From assembly GCA_030018935.1 (NCBI GenBank), contig JASEGZ010000001.1:33290-97289 (forward strand): 64,000 nt of DNA, read 5' to 3'. The stretch is from Syntrophales bacterium (GTDB taxonomy: Bacteria > Desulfobacterota > Syntrophia > Syntrophales > CG2-30-49-12). Every line of letters starts with the position of its first letter. The first letter of the stretch is position 1. The translations under genes and the position numbers were made by a program. Shown piece by piece: positions 1-10,734 of the stretch. Under the pieces are notes generated by a model. It made no database searches. It was given only the letters and a program-made list of their open reading frames with translations, and had not been told where the DNA came from.

Positions 1-1082
1 TAATCTCCGATCGCCTCCGGTGTCCAGTATCCAAGAAATACAGCCCCGGCGTTCCTGATCCTGTCCAGTACTTCCCGTGGCTTTTCGACCATCAATTCTA
101 AATGCTCCGGGGCAAACCGGTTGGCAATGGCAATGGCCTCATCAATACTTTCCGTGACAATAATAGCACCGAATTCCTGCAAGGAATTTTCCGCAATGTT
201 TCTTCTCGGCAGGCTATCCAGTTGCATCTTTACCTCTGAGGTCACCTGGTGGGCAAACACTTCATCAGGCGTCAGAAGGACAGCGCTCGCCATTTCATCA
301 TGCTCGGCCTGGGCAAGCAGATCGGCGGCCACAAAGGAAGCATCGGCCCTCCCGTCAGCAATGACGAGAATCTCACTGGGACCGGCAATCATGTCAATTG
401 CAACATGACCATAGACCATCTTTTTTGCCGCTGCTACGTAAGCATTCCCTGGTCCCACAATTTTATCTACCCCGGGAATTGACTCGGTGCCATAGGCAAG
501 AGCGGCTATTGCCTGGGCGCCACCTATCCTGAATATTCGCCTCACGCCGCCTATCTTGGCGGCAGCGGCAAGAAGGGGATTTATTCCTCTTCCCCTGGGA
601 GGTGTAACAAGAATGATCTCTTCGACACCGGCAATCCTTGCCGGGATTGCCGCCATAAGCACCGTAGAGGGATAGCAGGCAAGGCCCCCGGGGACATATA
701 TACCAATACGTTCCAGGGGCAATATCCGTAATCCAAGTTCGATCCCCTCTTCGTCGGAACAAAAATAGCCTTGGGTGCCCTGTTTCTCGTGGAATCTTTC
801 TATTCTGCCGGCAGCCAGTTTCAACACTTCCAAATCTTCTTTCTCCACTTGCCTGATGGCATCTTCCCTTTCCCCGGAAGATACCATGACAGTACCGGCG
901 TTTATCGTCTGTCTATCAAACTTTTCCGTATATTCGAAGAGGGCCTGATCTCCTCTACGGGCTACATCTTCTACGATTTCTTTGACAATCGTCCAGACAT
1001 CTTCATCAAAGACCTTGCCCCGATGCCTGAGCCGCCGGAGAGTCTCCTCAAAATTAAAATCACCCGTGTGGATAACTCTCAT
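1..1082 (-). CDS. hisD: histidinol dehydrogenase, 3' end outside window
   Basis: Absent from ORF track because it runs off the edge. Manual minus-strand translation from ATG 1082-1080 gives MRVIHTGDFNFEETLRRLRHRGK...GGAQAIAALAYGT...IDMIAGPSEILVIAD...AQAEHD, the HisD signature blocks. The plus-strand ORFs listed here are antisense artefacts. Confidence 0.9.
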   Translation of the reverse strand, partial: MRVIHTGDFNFEETLRRLRHRGKVFDEDVWTIVKEIVEDVARRGDQALFEYTEKFDRQTINAGTVMVSSGEREDAIRQVEKEDLEVLKLAAGRIERFHEKQGTQGYFCSDEEGIELGLRILPLERIGIYVPGGLACYPSTVLMAAIPARIAGVEEIILVTPPRGRGINPLLAAAAKIGGVRRIFRIGGAQAIAALAYGTESIPGVDKIVGPGNAYVAAAKKMVYGHVAIDMIAGPSEILVIADGRADASFVAADLLAQAEHDEMASAVLLTPDEVFAHQVTSEVKMQLDSLPRRNIAENSLQEFGAIIVTESIDEAIAIANRFAPEHLELMVEKPREVLDRIRNAGAVFLGYWTPEAIGD

Positions 1083-1083
1083 C

Positions 1084-2334
1084 CTAAACAACAACCCTTC
1101 TTATATTGGCGCCCAGGGTAGAAAGTTTCTTTTCTATTTCCTGGTATCCCCGGTCAATATGATAGACCCGCAAGAGTTCCGTCTTACCTTCCGCCACTAA
1201 CCCGGCAAGGATCAGAGAAGCGGAGGCCCTAAGATCGGTGGCCATAACCTGTGCACCCTTTAGCTTCGGGACACCCCTTATGAGAGCGGTGTTTCCCTTG
1301 ATCTGTATATCGGCCCCCATCCGCTTCAGCTCGCTTGCATGCATAAACCTTTTTTCAAAGACCGTTTCTGTAATCACACTGGATCCACTACCCACCGACA
1401 CAAAGGCCATCATCTGTGCCTGCAGGTCCGTAGGGAATCCTGGATAGGGAAGGGTTTTTATGTCCACGTTTTTAATTTCCTTATTGCCTTTCGCCCCGAT
1501 ACCAACGTCACTTATGGTTATCTCCATACTGGTATCACGCAGTTTATTGATCAGCGCATCAAGGTGAGATGGGTCGCATCCTAAGACCTTGACGTTCCCT
1601 CCCGTTATCCCGGCGGCAATCATAAAGGTCCCCGCCTCAATCCGGTCAGGTATCACGGTAGCCTCCACAGGATGCAGGCTATTAACCCCCTCGATAATGA
1701 TCATATCTGTTCCCGCCCCACTGATCTTTGCCCCCATACCGCTCAATACCTCGGCAAGATTGACGACTTCCGGTTCTTTGGCCGCATTTTTCAGCAGGGT
1801 TGTTCCCTTTGCCAGACAGGCGGCCATCATGATATTTTCCGTTCCTGTGACCGTGGGAATGTCGAAATAGATAGATGCTCCCTTCAATCGCGACGCCTTT
1901 GCCTTCACATAACCGTCTCTCAGTTCCACCTCCGCCCCCAGTTCCTGAAGGGCCTTGATATGAAGGTTTACCGGCCTGTCACCGATGGCGCATCCTCCGG
2001 GAAGAGAAACCCTTGCCCTGCCCATCCTGGCCACAAGAGGACCGAGAACCAGGATCGAAGCCCTCATCGTCCTGACAAGATCGTAAGAGGCCTCACAACT
2101 GCCGATCTCACCTGTCCTTATCCTGACAGACGATTCCCCTTCGATTTCCGCTCCCAGACTCCTTAAAAGTTTCTTGATGGTCTTGATGTCCACGAGATCA
2201 GGGATGTTGTGAAAGGTATTCCACCCGTCCACCAAGAGCGATGAAACCATGATCGGGAGAGCAGCATTCTTGGCACCGCTGATCTGGACCTCGCCGAGGA
2301 GTTTCTCGCCACCGTGGATGACCATCTTATCCAT
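1084..2334 (-). CDS. murA: UDP-N-acetylglucosamine 1-carboxyvinyltransferase
   Basis: 416-aa ORF. N-terminus [29 protein letters not shown] and full length are typical of MurA. Confidence 0.95.
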   Translation of the reverse strand: MDKMVIHGGEKLLGEVQISGAKNAALPIMVSSLLVDGWNTFHNIPDLVDIKTIKKLLRSLGAEIEGESSVRIRTGEIGSCEASYDLVRTMRASILVLGPLVARMGRARVSLPGGCAIGDRPVNLHIKALQELGAEVELRDGYVKAKASRLKGASIYFDIPTVTGTENIMMAACLAKGTTLLKNAAKEPEVVNLAEVLSGMGAKISGAGTDMIIIEGVNSLHPVEATVIPDRIEAGTFMIAAGITGGNVKVLGCDPSHLDALINKLRDTSMEITISDVGIGAKGNKEIKNVDIKTLPYPGFPTDLQAQMMAFVSVGSGSSVITETVFEKRFMHASELKRMGADIQIKGNTALIRGVPKLKGAQVMATDLRASASLILAGLVAEGKTELLRVYHIDRGYQEIEKKLSTLGANIRRVVV

Positions 2335-3231
2335 TTATCCCTTCCTCCTTGCCATGGCGACCCGCTCTATGCCGGCATAATCTGTCCTAAAGGCTATATT
2401 ATCATAAAGGTCGGATTCCCTGAAGACATCTGCGATACGGTCCCTCTGACCGGCCCCCATCTCCAGGAAAAGCCAGCCCCCGTCTTTCAAATGGAAAGCC
2501 CCCTCCCTGATGATAGTTTCATGAAATGATGTACCCTCTCTTCCGGCTACTAATGCCGATTCCGGCTCGAACTCTCTGACATCCGGGGGAAGATAATGAA
2601 ATTCACCTTCAGAGACGTAGGGAGGATTGGAAACAATGCAATCAAATTTCTCTGCGGACACAGGCTCGAACAGGTTCCCTATCCGGAAAGAAATCCTGCC
2701 ATCAACACCATTTTTGCGGGCATTTCTCATGGCGACCTCGATAGCCCCCGGGGAGATGTCGGTAGCCACAATCCGTGCCTCCTTCAATTCAAAGGCCAGG
2801 GCGACACCGATGGCCCCGCTGCCCGTGCCGATGTCGAGAATACTGGGATCTTTATAATCCATCTCTGAACAGACTTTTATGACTTCCTCTACAAGAACTT
2901 CTGTCTCCGGCCTCGGCACGAGTACTTGGTCGTTGACTTCAAAAACGAGGGACCAGAACTCTTTCTGACCAACGATGTAGGCAACCGGTTCCCACTGTTG
3001 CCTTCTTGCAATCCAGGACTGGAATGCACGAATCTCTTCGTCTGCCAGTGACCTTTCGGGATGCCTGTAGAGGCCGAGACGGTCAGTTCTTAGATAATGA
3101 AAGAGGAGAACCTCAGCATCGAGCCAGGGGGTGGGAAGACCTCTACGCTCAAGGTCAATAGCCGTTATGTTCAGGGTAGTCCGGATATCCATAGGTAGTT
3201 CAAAGTTCAAAGCTGAAGGCTCATAGTTCAT
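2335..3231 (-). CDS. prmC: release-factor glutamine N5-methyltransferase
   Basis: 298 aa with SAM motif LDIGTGSGAIG and NPPY motif (VSNPPYV). Lies directly downstream of prfA. Confidence 0.9.
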   Translation of the reverse strand: MNYEPSALNFELPMDIRTTLNITAIDLERRGLPTPWLDAEVLLFHYLRTDRLGLYRHPERSLADEEIRAFQSWIARRQQWEPVAYIVGQKEFWSLVFEVNDQVLVPRPETEVLVEEVIKVCSEMDYKDPSILDIGTGSGAIGVALAFELKEARIVATDISPGAIEVAMRNARKNGVDGRISFRIGNLFEPVSAEKFDCIVSNPPYVSEGEFHYLPPDVREFEPESALVAGREGTSFHETIIREGAFHLKDGGWLFLEMGAGQRDRIADVFRESDLYDNIAFRTDYAGIERVAMARRKG

Positions 3232-3261
3232 GACTTATGACTGACGACTTATGACTGACGA
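3232..3261. repeat. heptamer-type tandem repeat, family A (GACTTAT/GACTGAC)
   Basis: gacttatgactgacga x2 fills the whole prfA-prmC spacer. Confidence 0.9.
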
Positions 3262-4332
3262 CTAATGGAGAGATTGTTTCAACGCCTCGGCCTGGAAATG
3301 GGTTGTCAGGGCATCAATTATCTCCTGGATGTTTCCATCAAGAAAATTCTCCAGATCATAACGTGTCAGGCCTATACGGTGATCGGTAACTCTTCCCTGG
3401 GGGAAATTATAAGTTCTGATCCTCTCACTTCTATCCCCGCTTCCCACCTGGCTTTTTCTCGCTTCCGAGATCTCTGCGTTCTGCTTCTTCACCATCATGT
3501 CCAGTAGCCTCGCCCTCAGGATCTTCATGGCCTTTGCCTTATTTTTAAGCTGGGATTTCTCATCCTGGCAGGTAACCACCAGAGAGGTGGGCAGGTGGGT
3601 AATCCTTACGGCAGAATCTGTCGTATTTACACTCTGTCCCCCATGGCCGCTGGAGTGATAGACATCAATTCGCAATTCATTGGGATCAATATGAACTTCT
3701 ACCTCTTCTGCCTCCGGAAGGACGGCTACCGTAACCGCAGAGGTATGGATACGTCCCTGGGCCTCTGTAATGGGAACCCTCTGGACCCGGTGGACGCCGC
3801 TTTCGTACTTTAGCTTGCTATAGGCACCTTTCCCTTCAATGAGGGCGATGATTTCCTTAAAGCCCCCTACGCCACCGGCCGGGTTACTGCTCATTACCTC
3901 TACCTTCCACCGGTTTAGTTCCGCATGTCTTGCATACATCCGGAAAAGGTCCCCGGCGAAAAGCCCCGCCTCATCACCACCGGTGCCCGCCCTGATTTCG
4001 AGGAGCACATTCCTGTCATCATTCTGGTCCCTGGGAAGGAGGAGAATCTTTAATCTGTCTTCTAAAACTACTAAGTTTTCCCTAAGCTGAGGTATCTCCT
4101 CCTTGACGATTTCTTTCAGCTCCTCGTCATTTCCCCGCAGGAGATCCTGGTCTTCCTCGAGACGGCCTCTTGTTTTCTCGTATTCCCTGTAAGTTTTCAC
4201 AAGATCACGTAGATCTGCATGCTCCCTGGCATATTTCTGATAGACCTGGGGTTTGGCGACGATGTCAGGGTTACTCAATCGCCTTTCCAGTTCTTCATAC
4301 CTTGTCTCAACATCTTTAAGTCTGTCGAACAT
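3262..4332 (-). CDS. prfA: peptide chain release factor 1
   Basis: 356 aa with GGQ motif ([23 protein letters not shown]) and RF1-type N-terminus. Confidence 0.95.
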   Translation of the reverse strand: MFDRLKDVETRYEELERRLSNPDIVAKPQVYQKYAREHADLRDLVKTYREYEKTRGRLEEDQDLLRGNDEELKEIVKEEIPQLRENLVVLEDRLKILLLPRDQNDDRNVLLEIRAGTGGDEAGLFAGDLFRMYARHAELNRWKVEVMSSNPAGGVGGFKEIIALIEGKGAYSKLKYESGVHRVQRVPITEAQGRIHTSAVTVAVLPEAEEVEVHIDPNELRIDVYHSSGHGGQSVNTTDSAVRITHLPTSLVVTCQDEKSQLKNKAKAMKILRARLLDMMVKKQNAEISEARKSQVGSGDRSERIRTYNFPQGRVTDHRIGLTRYDLENFLDGNIQEIIDALTTHFQAEALKQSLH

Positions 4333-4398
4333 AACTTCACATCATCTATGGGCAGTTGTAGGTTGTGGGGTCGTATGTCATACGTCTTTCAATTTTCA

Positions 4399-4436
4399 AC
4401 TTACGACTTATGACTTATGACTTACGACTTACGACT
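4399..4436. repeat. tandem heptamers, family A
   Basis: cttacga cttatga cttatga cttacga cttacga, 5 units between rpmE and prfA. Confidence 0.9.
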
Positions 4437-4638
4437 ATTGTTTTACCCCGTACTTCTTATGGAACCGTTCCACACGGCCGGCGGTATCAACGATCTTCTG
4501 TTTGCCCGTCATAAAAGGGTGGCAGCGGGAACATATATCCACCTTTATGCCCTGTTTGGTAGACATGGTCTCAATGACGTTCCCACAGACGCAGGTAATT
4601 GTTGTTTTCTTATATTCTGGATGAATACCTTTTTTCAT
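4435..4638 (-). CDS. rpmE: 50S ribosomal protein L31
   Basis: 67 aa, [20 protein letters not shown]...[13 protein letters not shown], the zinc-ribbon L31 pattern. Confidence 0.95.
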   Translation of the reverse strand: MKKGIHPEYKKTTITCVCGNVIETMSTKQGIKVDICSRCHPFMTGKQKIVDTAGRVERFHKKYGVKQ

Positions 4639-4657
4639 CGTTCCCCTCCTTTGTTTA

Positions 4658-4749
4658 GGCTGAAGGCTGAAGACTGAAGGCTATAAAACATCTCGCAAGA
4701 CACGAATCAAGCCATTCAAAACCTTCATAGCCTTCAGCCTTCAGCCTAT
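4658..4749. repeat. heptamer-arm hairpin, family B (TGAAGGC/TGAAGAC)
   Basis: The left arm is ggctgaaggctgaagactgaaggctat, the right arm atagccttcagccttcagcctat, with a 42-nt loop. Lies between rho and rpmE. Confidence 0.9.
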
Positions 4750-4761
4750 CCACCTAAGAAT

Positions 4762-6009
4762 TTACTGATTCATGGAATCTAAGAAGGCCTGATTCGTTTC
4801 TGTCTTCCGTATCTTGTCAATGATAAATTCCATGGCATCCAACGGATTCATCTCCTGAAGAAGCCTCCTTAATATCCATATCCTGTTGAGGTTATGCTTC
4901 AGTATCAGGAGTTCTTCCTTTCTGGTACCGGAACGGATGAGGTCAAAGGCGGGAAACACCCTTCTATCAGCGATCCTGCGATCTAAGTGCAGTTCCATGT
5001 TTCCGGTTCCCTTGAACTCTTCAAAGATGACTTCATCCATTCTGCTTCCTGTGTCAATGAGGGCTGTGGAAATAATGGTCAGGCTGCCCCCATTTTCGAT
5101 GTTCCTGGCGGCGCCGAAGAATCGTTTCGGTTTGTGCAGGGCATTGGAATCAACGCCACCGGACAGGACCTTGCCGCTGGGTGGAACCACCGTATTATAG
5201 GCCCTGGCCAGCCTGGTGATACTGTCAAGAAGGATGACGACATCCCTGTTATGTTCGACGAGACGCTTCGCCTTTTCAATGACCATTTCGGCAACCTGGA
5301 CGTGCCGTGCAGCCGGCTCATCAAAGGTCGAGGATATGACCTCCCCCGCCACATTTCGCTGCATATCGGTCACTTCTTCGGGACGTTCATCAATCAGCAG
5401 AACCATCAAAATGACCTCTTTATGGTTAGTGGTAATACTGTGGGCTATATCCTGAAGTAAAACCGTTTTACCCGCCCTCGGGGGGGACACGATCAGCCCC
5501 CTCTGACCTTTACCGATGGGCGTAAAAAGGTCTATAATCCTTGTGGATAAGTTTCCCGGATTGGCCTCAAGGTTCAGTTTCTCCTGAGGATAAAGTGGTG
5601 TGAGGTTGTCGAAGAGGATTTTGTCTCTCGCTGCCTCGGGATTCTCAAAATTGACCGTATCCACCTTGAGAAGGGCAAAATATTTCTCTCCCTCCTTGGG
5701 TGGTCTGACCTCACCTGAGACCGTGTCTCCGGTCCTCATACTGAATCTTCGGATCTGCGAGGGGGAAATATAGATATCATCTGGACTGGGGAGATAGTTA
5801 TAATCTACCGCCCGGAGAAAGCCAAAACCATCCGGCAGGATTTCCAGAACACCGGCCCCGGAAATCACCCCATTTTTTTCTGCTTGGGCCTGCAGAATAG
5901 CAAAGATCAGATCCTGCCTCCTCAGGCCGCTGGCACCATTGACATTTAACTCTTTGGCCATACTTGTAAGCCTACTGATTGGTTGTCTCTTGATTTCCTC
6001 AATATTCAT
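4762..6009 (-). CDS. rho: transcription termination factor Rho
   Basis: ORF runs 4762-6039. The likely start is ATG at 6009 ([14 protein letters not shown]), preceded by AAGGAA. Walker A is [11 protein letters not shown], and Rho N-terminal and RNA-binding regions are present. Confidence 0.93.
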   Translation of the reverse strand: MNIEEIKRQPISRLTSMAKELNVNGASGLRRQDLIFAILQAQAEKNGVISGAGVLEILPDGFGFLRAVDYNYLPSPDDIYISPSQIRRFSMRTGDTVSGEVRPPKEGEKYFALLKVDTVNFENPEAARDKILFDNLTPLYPQEKLNLEANPGNLSTRIIDLFTPIGKGQRGLIVSPPRAGKTVLLQDIAHSITTNHKEVILMVLLIDERPEEVTDMQRNVAGEVISSTFDEPAARHVQVAEMVIEKAKRLVEHNRDVVILLDSITRLARAYNTVVPPSGKVLSGGVDSNALHKPKRFFGAARNIENGGSLTIISTALIDTGSRMDEVIFEEFKGTGNMELHLDRRIADRRVFPAFDLIRSGTRKEELLILKHNLNRIWILRRLLQEMNPLDAMEFIIDKIRKTETNQAFLDSMNQ

Positions 6010-6285
6010 AACCGATTCCTTGTACGTTTTTTCCCACACCCTGATTGCAGCACGTATTACACGCCTCTCGGTTCCAATAAATCTGCCGGTATTCCTTTAA
6101 AGAAATATCAGTTTTATCAGACACTGAGTCCTGGAAAAGAAGGATGTGGATTAAGATAATGGGTTGCCAATTTTGAACTCTAAGATTCCAGAAAGGAAGG
6201 ATTTAGCATACATCTTCTTACTTTTTTATTCTTTTTATACCAAACTTTTTACCATGTCAAGCACTTTTTAATGCCTCTTAGGGGT

Positions 6286-7251
6286 TCATACAAGATGATT
6301 TCTACGCCTGAGAAAATCACAGAGCCTGGCCATGTCGTCCGGCATGGGAGACGAAAAAGTCATTTCCGCATTGTTAATGGGGTGGGAGAAGGCAATCCGG
6401 CTTGCATGCAGCGCCTGCCTGGTCATTGTTCTCATCTCTGCCCTCAGAAGCGGATCCCCTATGGCGCCGACTCTTCTTGAGCTGCCGTAGATGTTGTCCC
6501 CCACCACAGGGTAACTCATGGCGTTTAAGTGGACCCTGATCTGGTGAGTCCTTCCCGTTTCCGTATCCACATCGAGGAGGGTTGCCACCCGGTACCTCTT
6601 GGAGACCCGCCAGCGTGTGATGGCCTCCCTTCCCCTCCTGCTCCTCGTGGACATCTTCTTTCGATCCACGGGGTGCCTTCCCACCGACGCATCAATCATG
6701 CCCTGATCCCCTTCCACATCTCCATACACGAGAACCTTGTAACTTTTCTGAACCTGATGTTTCTTGAACTGGGCGGCAAGCCCCCGGTGGGCTTCATCGG
6801 ATTTGGCCACGACCAGCAGGCCGGATGTTCCCTTATCCAGGCGGTGAATAATTCCGGGTCTCAAGACCCCCCCGATTCCTGAGAGATCCTTGCAGTGGAA
6901 GAGGAGGGCATTGACCAGGGTGCCCCGATCGTGACCCGGCGCTGGATGGACGACCATCCCGGCAGGTTTGTCAACCACAAGGAGAAAGGGATCTTCATAA
7001 ACAATGGTCAGGGGAATCTTCTGGGGAAGGACATGGTAGCTTGCCGCTGCCTTCTTGCAGAGGTGAACGGTATCGCCGTTTCTTAATTTGTAGCCTGCCT
7101 TTACTTTTAGATCGTTAACCAGCACCAGTCCTTCATCCACAGCCCTCTTGATCTGTGAACGGGATAGAGTCAGGTCCTTTCGGGAGAGGAAGATGTCAAG
7201 CCTCAGGCCGCTTTCATGACATGCCACAATAAATGTATATTTCTCACTCAT
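6286..7251 (-). CDS. rluD: RluA-family 23S rRNA pseudouridine synthase (RluD-like)
   Basis: 321 aa with an S4 domain N-terminus and catalytic motif HRLDKGTSGLLVVAK. Confidence 0.85.
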   Translation of the reverse strand: MSEKYTFIVACHESGLRLDIFLSRKDLTLSRSQIKRAVDEGLVLVNDLKVKAGYKLRNGDTVHLCKKAAASYHVLPQKIPLTIVYEDPFLLVVDKPAGMVVHPAPGHDRGTLVNALLFHCKDLSGIGGVLRPGIIHRLDKGTSGLLVVAKSDEAHRGLAAQFKKHQVQKSYKVLVYGDVEGDQGMIDASVGRHPVDRKKMSTRSRRGREAITRWRVSKRYRVATLLDVDTETGRTHQIRVHLNAMSYPVVGDNIYGSSRRVGAIGDPLLRAEMRTMTRQALHASRIAFSHPINNAEMTFSSPMPDDMARLCDFLRRRNHLV

Positions 7252-8663
7252 GTGGAAACGGCGTGTTTCAATCCATCTCTGATGAAGGCAAATTCCTCCT
7301 CTTCAACCGTTCTCAAATCAAAAAGGACCTGTTCTTCGGCGACCCTCGCAATAATAGGGACATCGAGACACCTCAGGCGTTCCTCCAGGGAGTTGGCCGA
7401 CATGCATCCCGGTTGAACGGCCAGCAGCATCGTCGGAATCTCGCAGGTGGGAAGAGACCCTCCCCCGGCCATAGAGAATCCCTTCTTCAGAGATAAAACT
7501 AACCCTTTTAGGCGGGCTCTTCTCAGCATGGCCAGAAGCCTCTTTGCCCTCTTTGTAACATCCGTCAGGGGTTCCGTCAGGGTCTTTAGAACCCGGAGAC
7601 GGCAGGCCGCCTTCTCCGGACGCAAATACTGGATCATCGTTGCCTCGAGAGCGGCGAGGGTCAATTTGTCAATCCGGACTACCCGGTTGAGGGGATTCTT
7701 CTTAATCCGCTGGAGGAGTTCCCTTTTCCCAAGGATAATGCCCGCCTGGGGGCCACCTAACAGTTTATCGCCACTGAAAGAGACCACATCCACTCCCGTT
7801 TCCATGACATCGGAAACAGTAGGTTCCCTCTCCAGACCATAATGGTCCAGCTCGAGAAAACAGCCGCTTCCCAGGTCCTCCATTACCGGCACGCCACGTT
7901 TTTCACCGAGCGCCACCAGTGATGCAAGCCCCGTATCCTCGGTAAAGCCCATCATCTTGAAATTACTGGTGTGGACCTTCAGGATAAGCCCGGTATTTTC
8001 CCCGATGGCGTTTTCATAATCGCTGATACGGGTTCGGTTGGTTGTACCCACTTCCCTAAGGTGGGCTCCGCTTTTGGCCATCACCTCCGGTATGCGGAAC
8101 TCACCGCCGATTTCAATAAGTTCTCCCCTCGAGACGATGACCTCCTTCCCCTCGGCTAAGGTGTTGAGAATCAGCAGGACGGCAGCGGCATTATTATTGA
8201 CGATCAAGGCATCTTCCGCCCCTGACAGGGCACAGAGAATACTCTGTATATGGTCATATCGGAGACCTCTCTGTCCCCTGGCCAGGTCAAACTCGAGGTT
8301 TGAGTATCCTCCGCCGACCTCCAGCACCCTTTCGAGGGCTTCCCTGCAGAGGGGGGCCCTGCCCAGATTGGTATGCAGGATGGTTCCCGTTGCATTCACA
8401 ACTCTGCGGAGACGGTATTGGTGAAGGACTTCGATGATTTCGGTAACCTTATCTGCAACCTGCTTTGCCACAGGCAGGCGGATACTTATTTCCTCCCCCC
8501 CTGTTTTCATAATTGTGTGTCGTAGATCTTCCACCACCTGCCGGCAGGTAGCTTTTACGATCTCCCGCGGCGCCTTTTCATAAATCCCCTTTTTTTCTAA
8601 AAGGACCAGCAATTCATCAATGCTGGGAAGACTGCTCAACAATGCTTTTTTCCGCTCATCCAT
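7248..8663 (-). CDS. selA: L-seryl-tRNA(Sec) selenium transferase
   Basis: ORF track extends to 8768. The probable start is ATG at 8663 (MDERKKALLSSLPSIDELL), preceded by AAGGAAAGGAA. The PLP-lysine region FSGDKLLGGPQAG is typical of SelA. Confidence 0.9.
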   Translation of the reverse strand: MDERKKALLSSLPSIDELLVLLEKKGIYEKAPREIVKATCRQVVEDLRHTIMKTGGEEISIRLPVAKQVADKVTEIIEVLHQYRLRRVVNATGTILHTNLGRAPLCREALERVLEVGGGYSNLEFDLARGQRGLRYDHIQSILCALSGAEDALIVNNNAAAVLLILNTLAEGKEVIVSRGELIEIGGEFRIPEVMAKSGAHLREVGTTNRTRISDYENAIGENTGLILKVHTSNFKMMGFTEDTGLASLVALGEKRGVPVMEDLGSGCFLELDHYGLEREPTVSDVMETGVDVVSFSGDKLLGGPQAGIILGKRELLQRIKKNPLNRVVRIDKLTLAALEATMIQYLRPEKAACRLRVLKTLTEPLTDVTKRAKRLLAMLRRARLKGLVLSLKKGFSMAGGGSLPTCEIPTMLLAVQPGCMSANSLEERLRCLDVPIIARVAEEQVLFDLRTVEEEEFAFIRDGLKHAVST

Positions 8664-8737
8664 ACTATTCCTTTCCTTTTCCCCTGCCTGTTCCTCTCCT
8701 CCCTTCTCACCCTTCATATTCATTCGAGGCATGCCTT

Positions 8738-8815
8738 TAAGGCACGATCTTGGCCCGGCAAAAATCACGGAAGTTGTTTACCGCAATAAAAAACTCCCGC
8801 ATCATCATGATCAAC
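8738..8815 (-). pseudogene. orphan 3'-terminal fragment of a hemN-like radical SAM gene (copy A of a direct repeat)
   Basis: 8739-8798 is 60/60 identical to 24181-24240, and the match continues to 8815 / 24254 with one 3-nt indel. The minus strand reads ...LIMMMREFFIAVNNFRDFCRAKIVP-stop, which is the C-terminus of the intact gene at 24179-25450 plus one extra Met codon. No upstream coding part is present. Confidence 0.8.
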
Positions 8816-9051
8816 AACCTTTCCTCCCCTATTCTTTCCCTATTGATGTCTATTGTGATTGTGGGAAAAAGGAAAGTAAATACAGTAAATATATGAGAAA
8901 TTATCTTACGGGTCAAGAAAATACCACATTTATCCGATCATGGCCTGAACCACCTCGAGTGGCGTTTCACCTGTGAAGACCTCACCGTTTTCCTCAAGCG
9001 GACGTTGGTGTGGTATCCGTACCAGCGTACCAGATGCAGTTGATCTGTCAA

Positions 9052-9144
9052 AGTAAACAAACCTCAAACTGGTGAATAAATCAGCGGTGGCGAGTTGGGA
9101 AGAGGGAAGAAAAGCCGCTATATGGACGCGCCCCCATGTTAGAG
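9052..9144 (-). other. attC-like site (most distal)
   Basis: Plus strand reads AGTAAAC ... aaatcagcggtggc ... gccgctatatgg ... GTTAGAG. The 14-nt inner arm aaatcagcggtggc is shared with the attC at 14901-14958. Confidence 0.5.
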
Positions 9145-9413
9145 TTTGTCGAGTGGCTTCAGCTATAAGAGTTACCTCCTATGGCTTCACTCCCAGCTAC
9201 CTGGATGAATGAGGAATTTCCAGGACAGGTCTCTCACCTGCAAGCCTTGAGTCCTCCACGGCGCACTTTTCCGCATCCGGCTCTTCAGGCAGGCTCACAG
9301 ATAATCTCTGATAGCCGAATCAGTTCCGTTCACAATGTTTCTCCAGGCTCTGTGTCCTGCATTGTCTCCCTTCCTCAGTACACCCGCCTGTCAACCCCTT
9401 CCCTCCACCGGCA

Positions 9414-9677
9414 TTACCCGGCTTCACCAGTACTATGGGTTGATCCGACTACTTGCGCCTTGTCCTTTTTCAGAAAGGAATATATTTGCAGCGCCGGGTA
9501 AATGATGCCTACGATACTGATTATGATCATCAAAGATGCGGAAAAAAATGTCATGACGAATTCAAAAGGGTTTTTCAGCTCATAGGAATTGCCAAGGTTG
9601 ACGATCCCAAAGGTCAGAAATAAAAGCGAAATTACGCCAAGTAAAGCATTTTTCATCCACCAGATAAACGATCCCAC
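9414..9677 (-). CDS. small membrane protein, unknown function (cassette ORF)
   Basis: 87 aa (GTG start; alternative ATG at 9654). Two hydrophobic helices (LLGVISLLFLTFGIV, SASLMIIISIVGIIY). No recognisable domain. Confidence 0.45.
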   Translation of the reverse strand: MGSFIWWMKNALLGVISLLFLTFGIVNLGNSYELKNPFEFVMTFFSASLMIIISIVGIIYPALQIYSFLKKDKAQVVGSTHSTGEAG

Positions 9678-9908
9678 TGTCCGTCCTTTCTTTTTGCCAT
9701 CTTACCAATAATCCTCAAATGAAGCAATCATGATATCCCTGTAAAAAAGGATAAAGCACTTTTGTTTAATTATTAATTTTGTTAGATGAAAGGGTAAAAC
9801 CCCTGTGTGTCTGGGGTTTCTGTTTTGTGATATAATTGACTACACCTACCTACAAGTCTACATATTTGAATATTTTAAAAAAGCGAAGATTACCAAAAGA
9901 AATAGGGA

Positions 9909-10000
9909 GGATAACGGTATCAGCATAAAAGAAGTTTTTGCGAAGCCAAAATGTGGGTGAACCCGCCTCTGGCGGACGAAGCTTTTATGCTGTGTTAGGC
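9909..10000 (-). other. attC site
   Basis: GGATAAC ggtatcagcataaaagaag ... gaagcttttatgctgt GTTAGGC, a 92-nt imperfect palindrome. Confidence 0.65.
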
Positions 10001-10060
10001 GATGCAGCGGGCTTTCTCTATTGTTCTTCATGATCATTTTCGTGATGCCCAACACGGCGA

Positions 10061-10111
10061 GCATAACCGGCTGGCAATGAAGCGCAGCGGAATTGCCAGT
10101 CCGAGTTGATG
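10061..10111 (-). other. attC site (short)
   Basis: GCATAAC cggctggcaat gaagcgcagcgg aattgccagtccga GTTGATG. Ends 7 nt before the stop of the 10118 ORF. Confidence 0.6.
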
Positions 10112-10117
10112 CGATTG

Positions 10118-10567
10118 TTATGGGAGATGTTTCAGATCCTCCAGATCCTTATACCTGCCACATGCCTGCTTGTTAGTCTTAAGATCCTCAATCGAAATGA
10201 AGTTCACCGATATGCCATCTATATCTATTACCTCTCGGCGCAAATAGCATTCATCGAAGTTTACACCAGAGGCTCCCGTTATTACTTCGATCCGGATGGG
10301 GGGAATCCCCATTCGGATAATCTTGTCCTTTTCGATGAACAAATCTTTAATCGCCTCTCTTTCCGGCATCCCAAAGTCACGAAGCACCTGTGCCATCTTT
10401 CTGGCATTTAGTTCGCTGACCGCGATCCAAATATCCATGTCACCAGTGGCACGCGGATAGCCATAATACCCCACAGCATATCCACCAATCATAAGGTACT
10501 CAACGCTGTGTAAGTTCAGCAGTCTCAAGAAATCTTTGAAGTCTGGATGTAGTTCGATCTGTGCCAT
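10118..10567 (-). CDS. nucleotidyltransferase-fold protein, putative TA-module component
   Basis: ORF 10118-10597, likely start MAQIELHPDFKDFLRLLN at 10567. The motif IGGYAVGYYGYPRATGDMDIWI resembles the minimal NTase fold GG...DxD. Paired with the small upstream ORF. Confidence 0.6.
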   Translation of the reverse strand: MAQIELHPDFKDFLRLLNLHSVEYLMIGGYAVGYYGYPRATGDMDIWIAVSELNARKMAQVLRDFGMPEREAIKDLFIEKDKIIRMGIPPIRIEVITGASGVNFDECYLRREVIDIDGISVNFISIEDLKTNKQACGRYKDLEDLKHLP

Positions 10568-10709
10568 AGACCATCCTTCGGTTAATCTCGATTGCATTCA
10601 AACGGTCGGCCTTTCCAAGGGACAGCCAGTACTGTTTCTCTTCCACAAATTCATCAAGGGAAGAGACAGTAAGTCGTGTTTTATCCAAGCGAGGCATTTC
10701 AATATCCAT
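10500..10709 (-). CDS. small protein partner of the NTase-fold protein (putative antitoxin-like)
   Basis: 69 aa. Its 3' end overlaps the downstream NTase gene, and it starts 26 nt after the attC box at 10735-10741. The C-terminal RLQRFLE motif recalls small proteins commonly paired with such NTases (from memory, not searched). Confidence 0.5.
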   Translation of the reverse strand: MDIEMPRLDKTRLTVSSLDEFVEEKQYWLSLGKADRLNAIEINRRMVYGTDRTTSRLQRFLETAELTQR

Positions 10710-10734
10710 GTCTCATTATTCCTTGCGTTTTTCC

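Noticed and set aside
121-1200. Several 70-116-aa ORFs in the track (121-408+, 249-482+, 463-762-, 771-1121+, 982-1200+)
   Set aside because: All overlap the hisD reading frame, which gives an unmistakable HisD translation. Their sequences are low-complexity with no motifs, so they are antisense or off-frame artefacts.
8816-9413. Possible tRNA-Sec (next to selA), tmRNA, RNase P RNA or group II intron remnant
   Set aside because: I found no T-loop GTTCRANYC, no UCA anticodon stem-loop context, no RNase P GAGGAAAGUCC box and no domain V hairpin on either strand. A covariance-model search is still needed.
9181-9501. 106-aa plus-strand ORF in the distal integron region
   Set aside because: It is Ser/Pro-rich with no motif, lies on the opposite strand to all cassettes, and runs into the 9414-9677 cassette ORF.
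9858-10064. 68-aa minus-strand ORF
   Set aside because: It spans the attC palindrome at 9909-10000 and reaches the next attC box. It is most likely a translation of recombination-site sequence.
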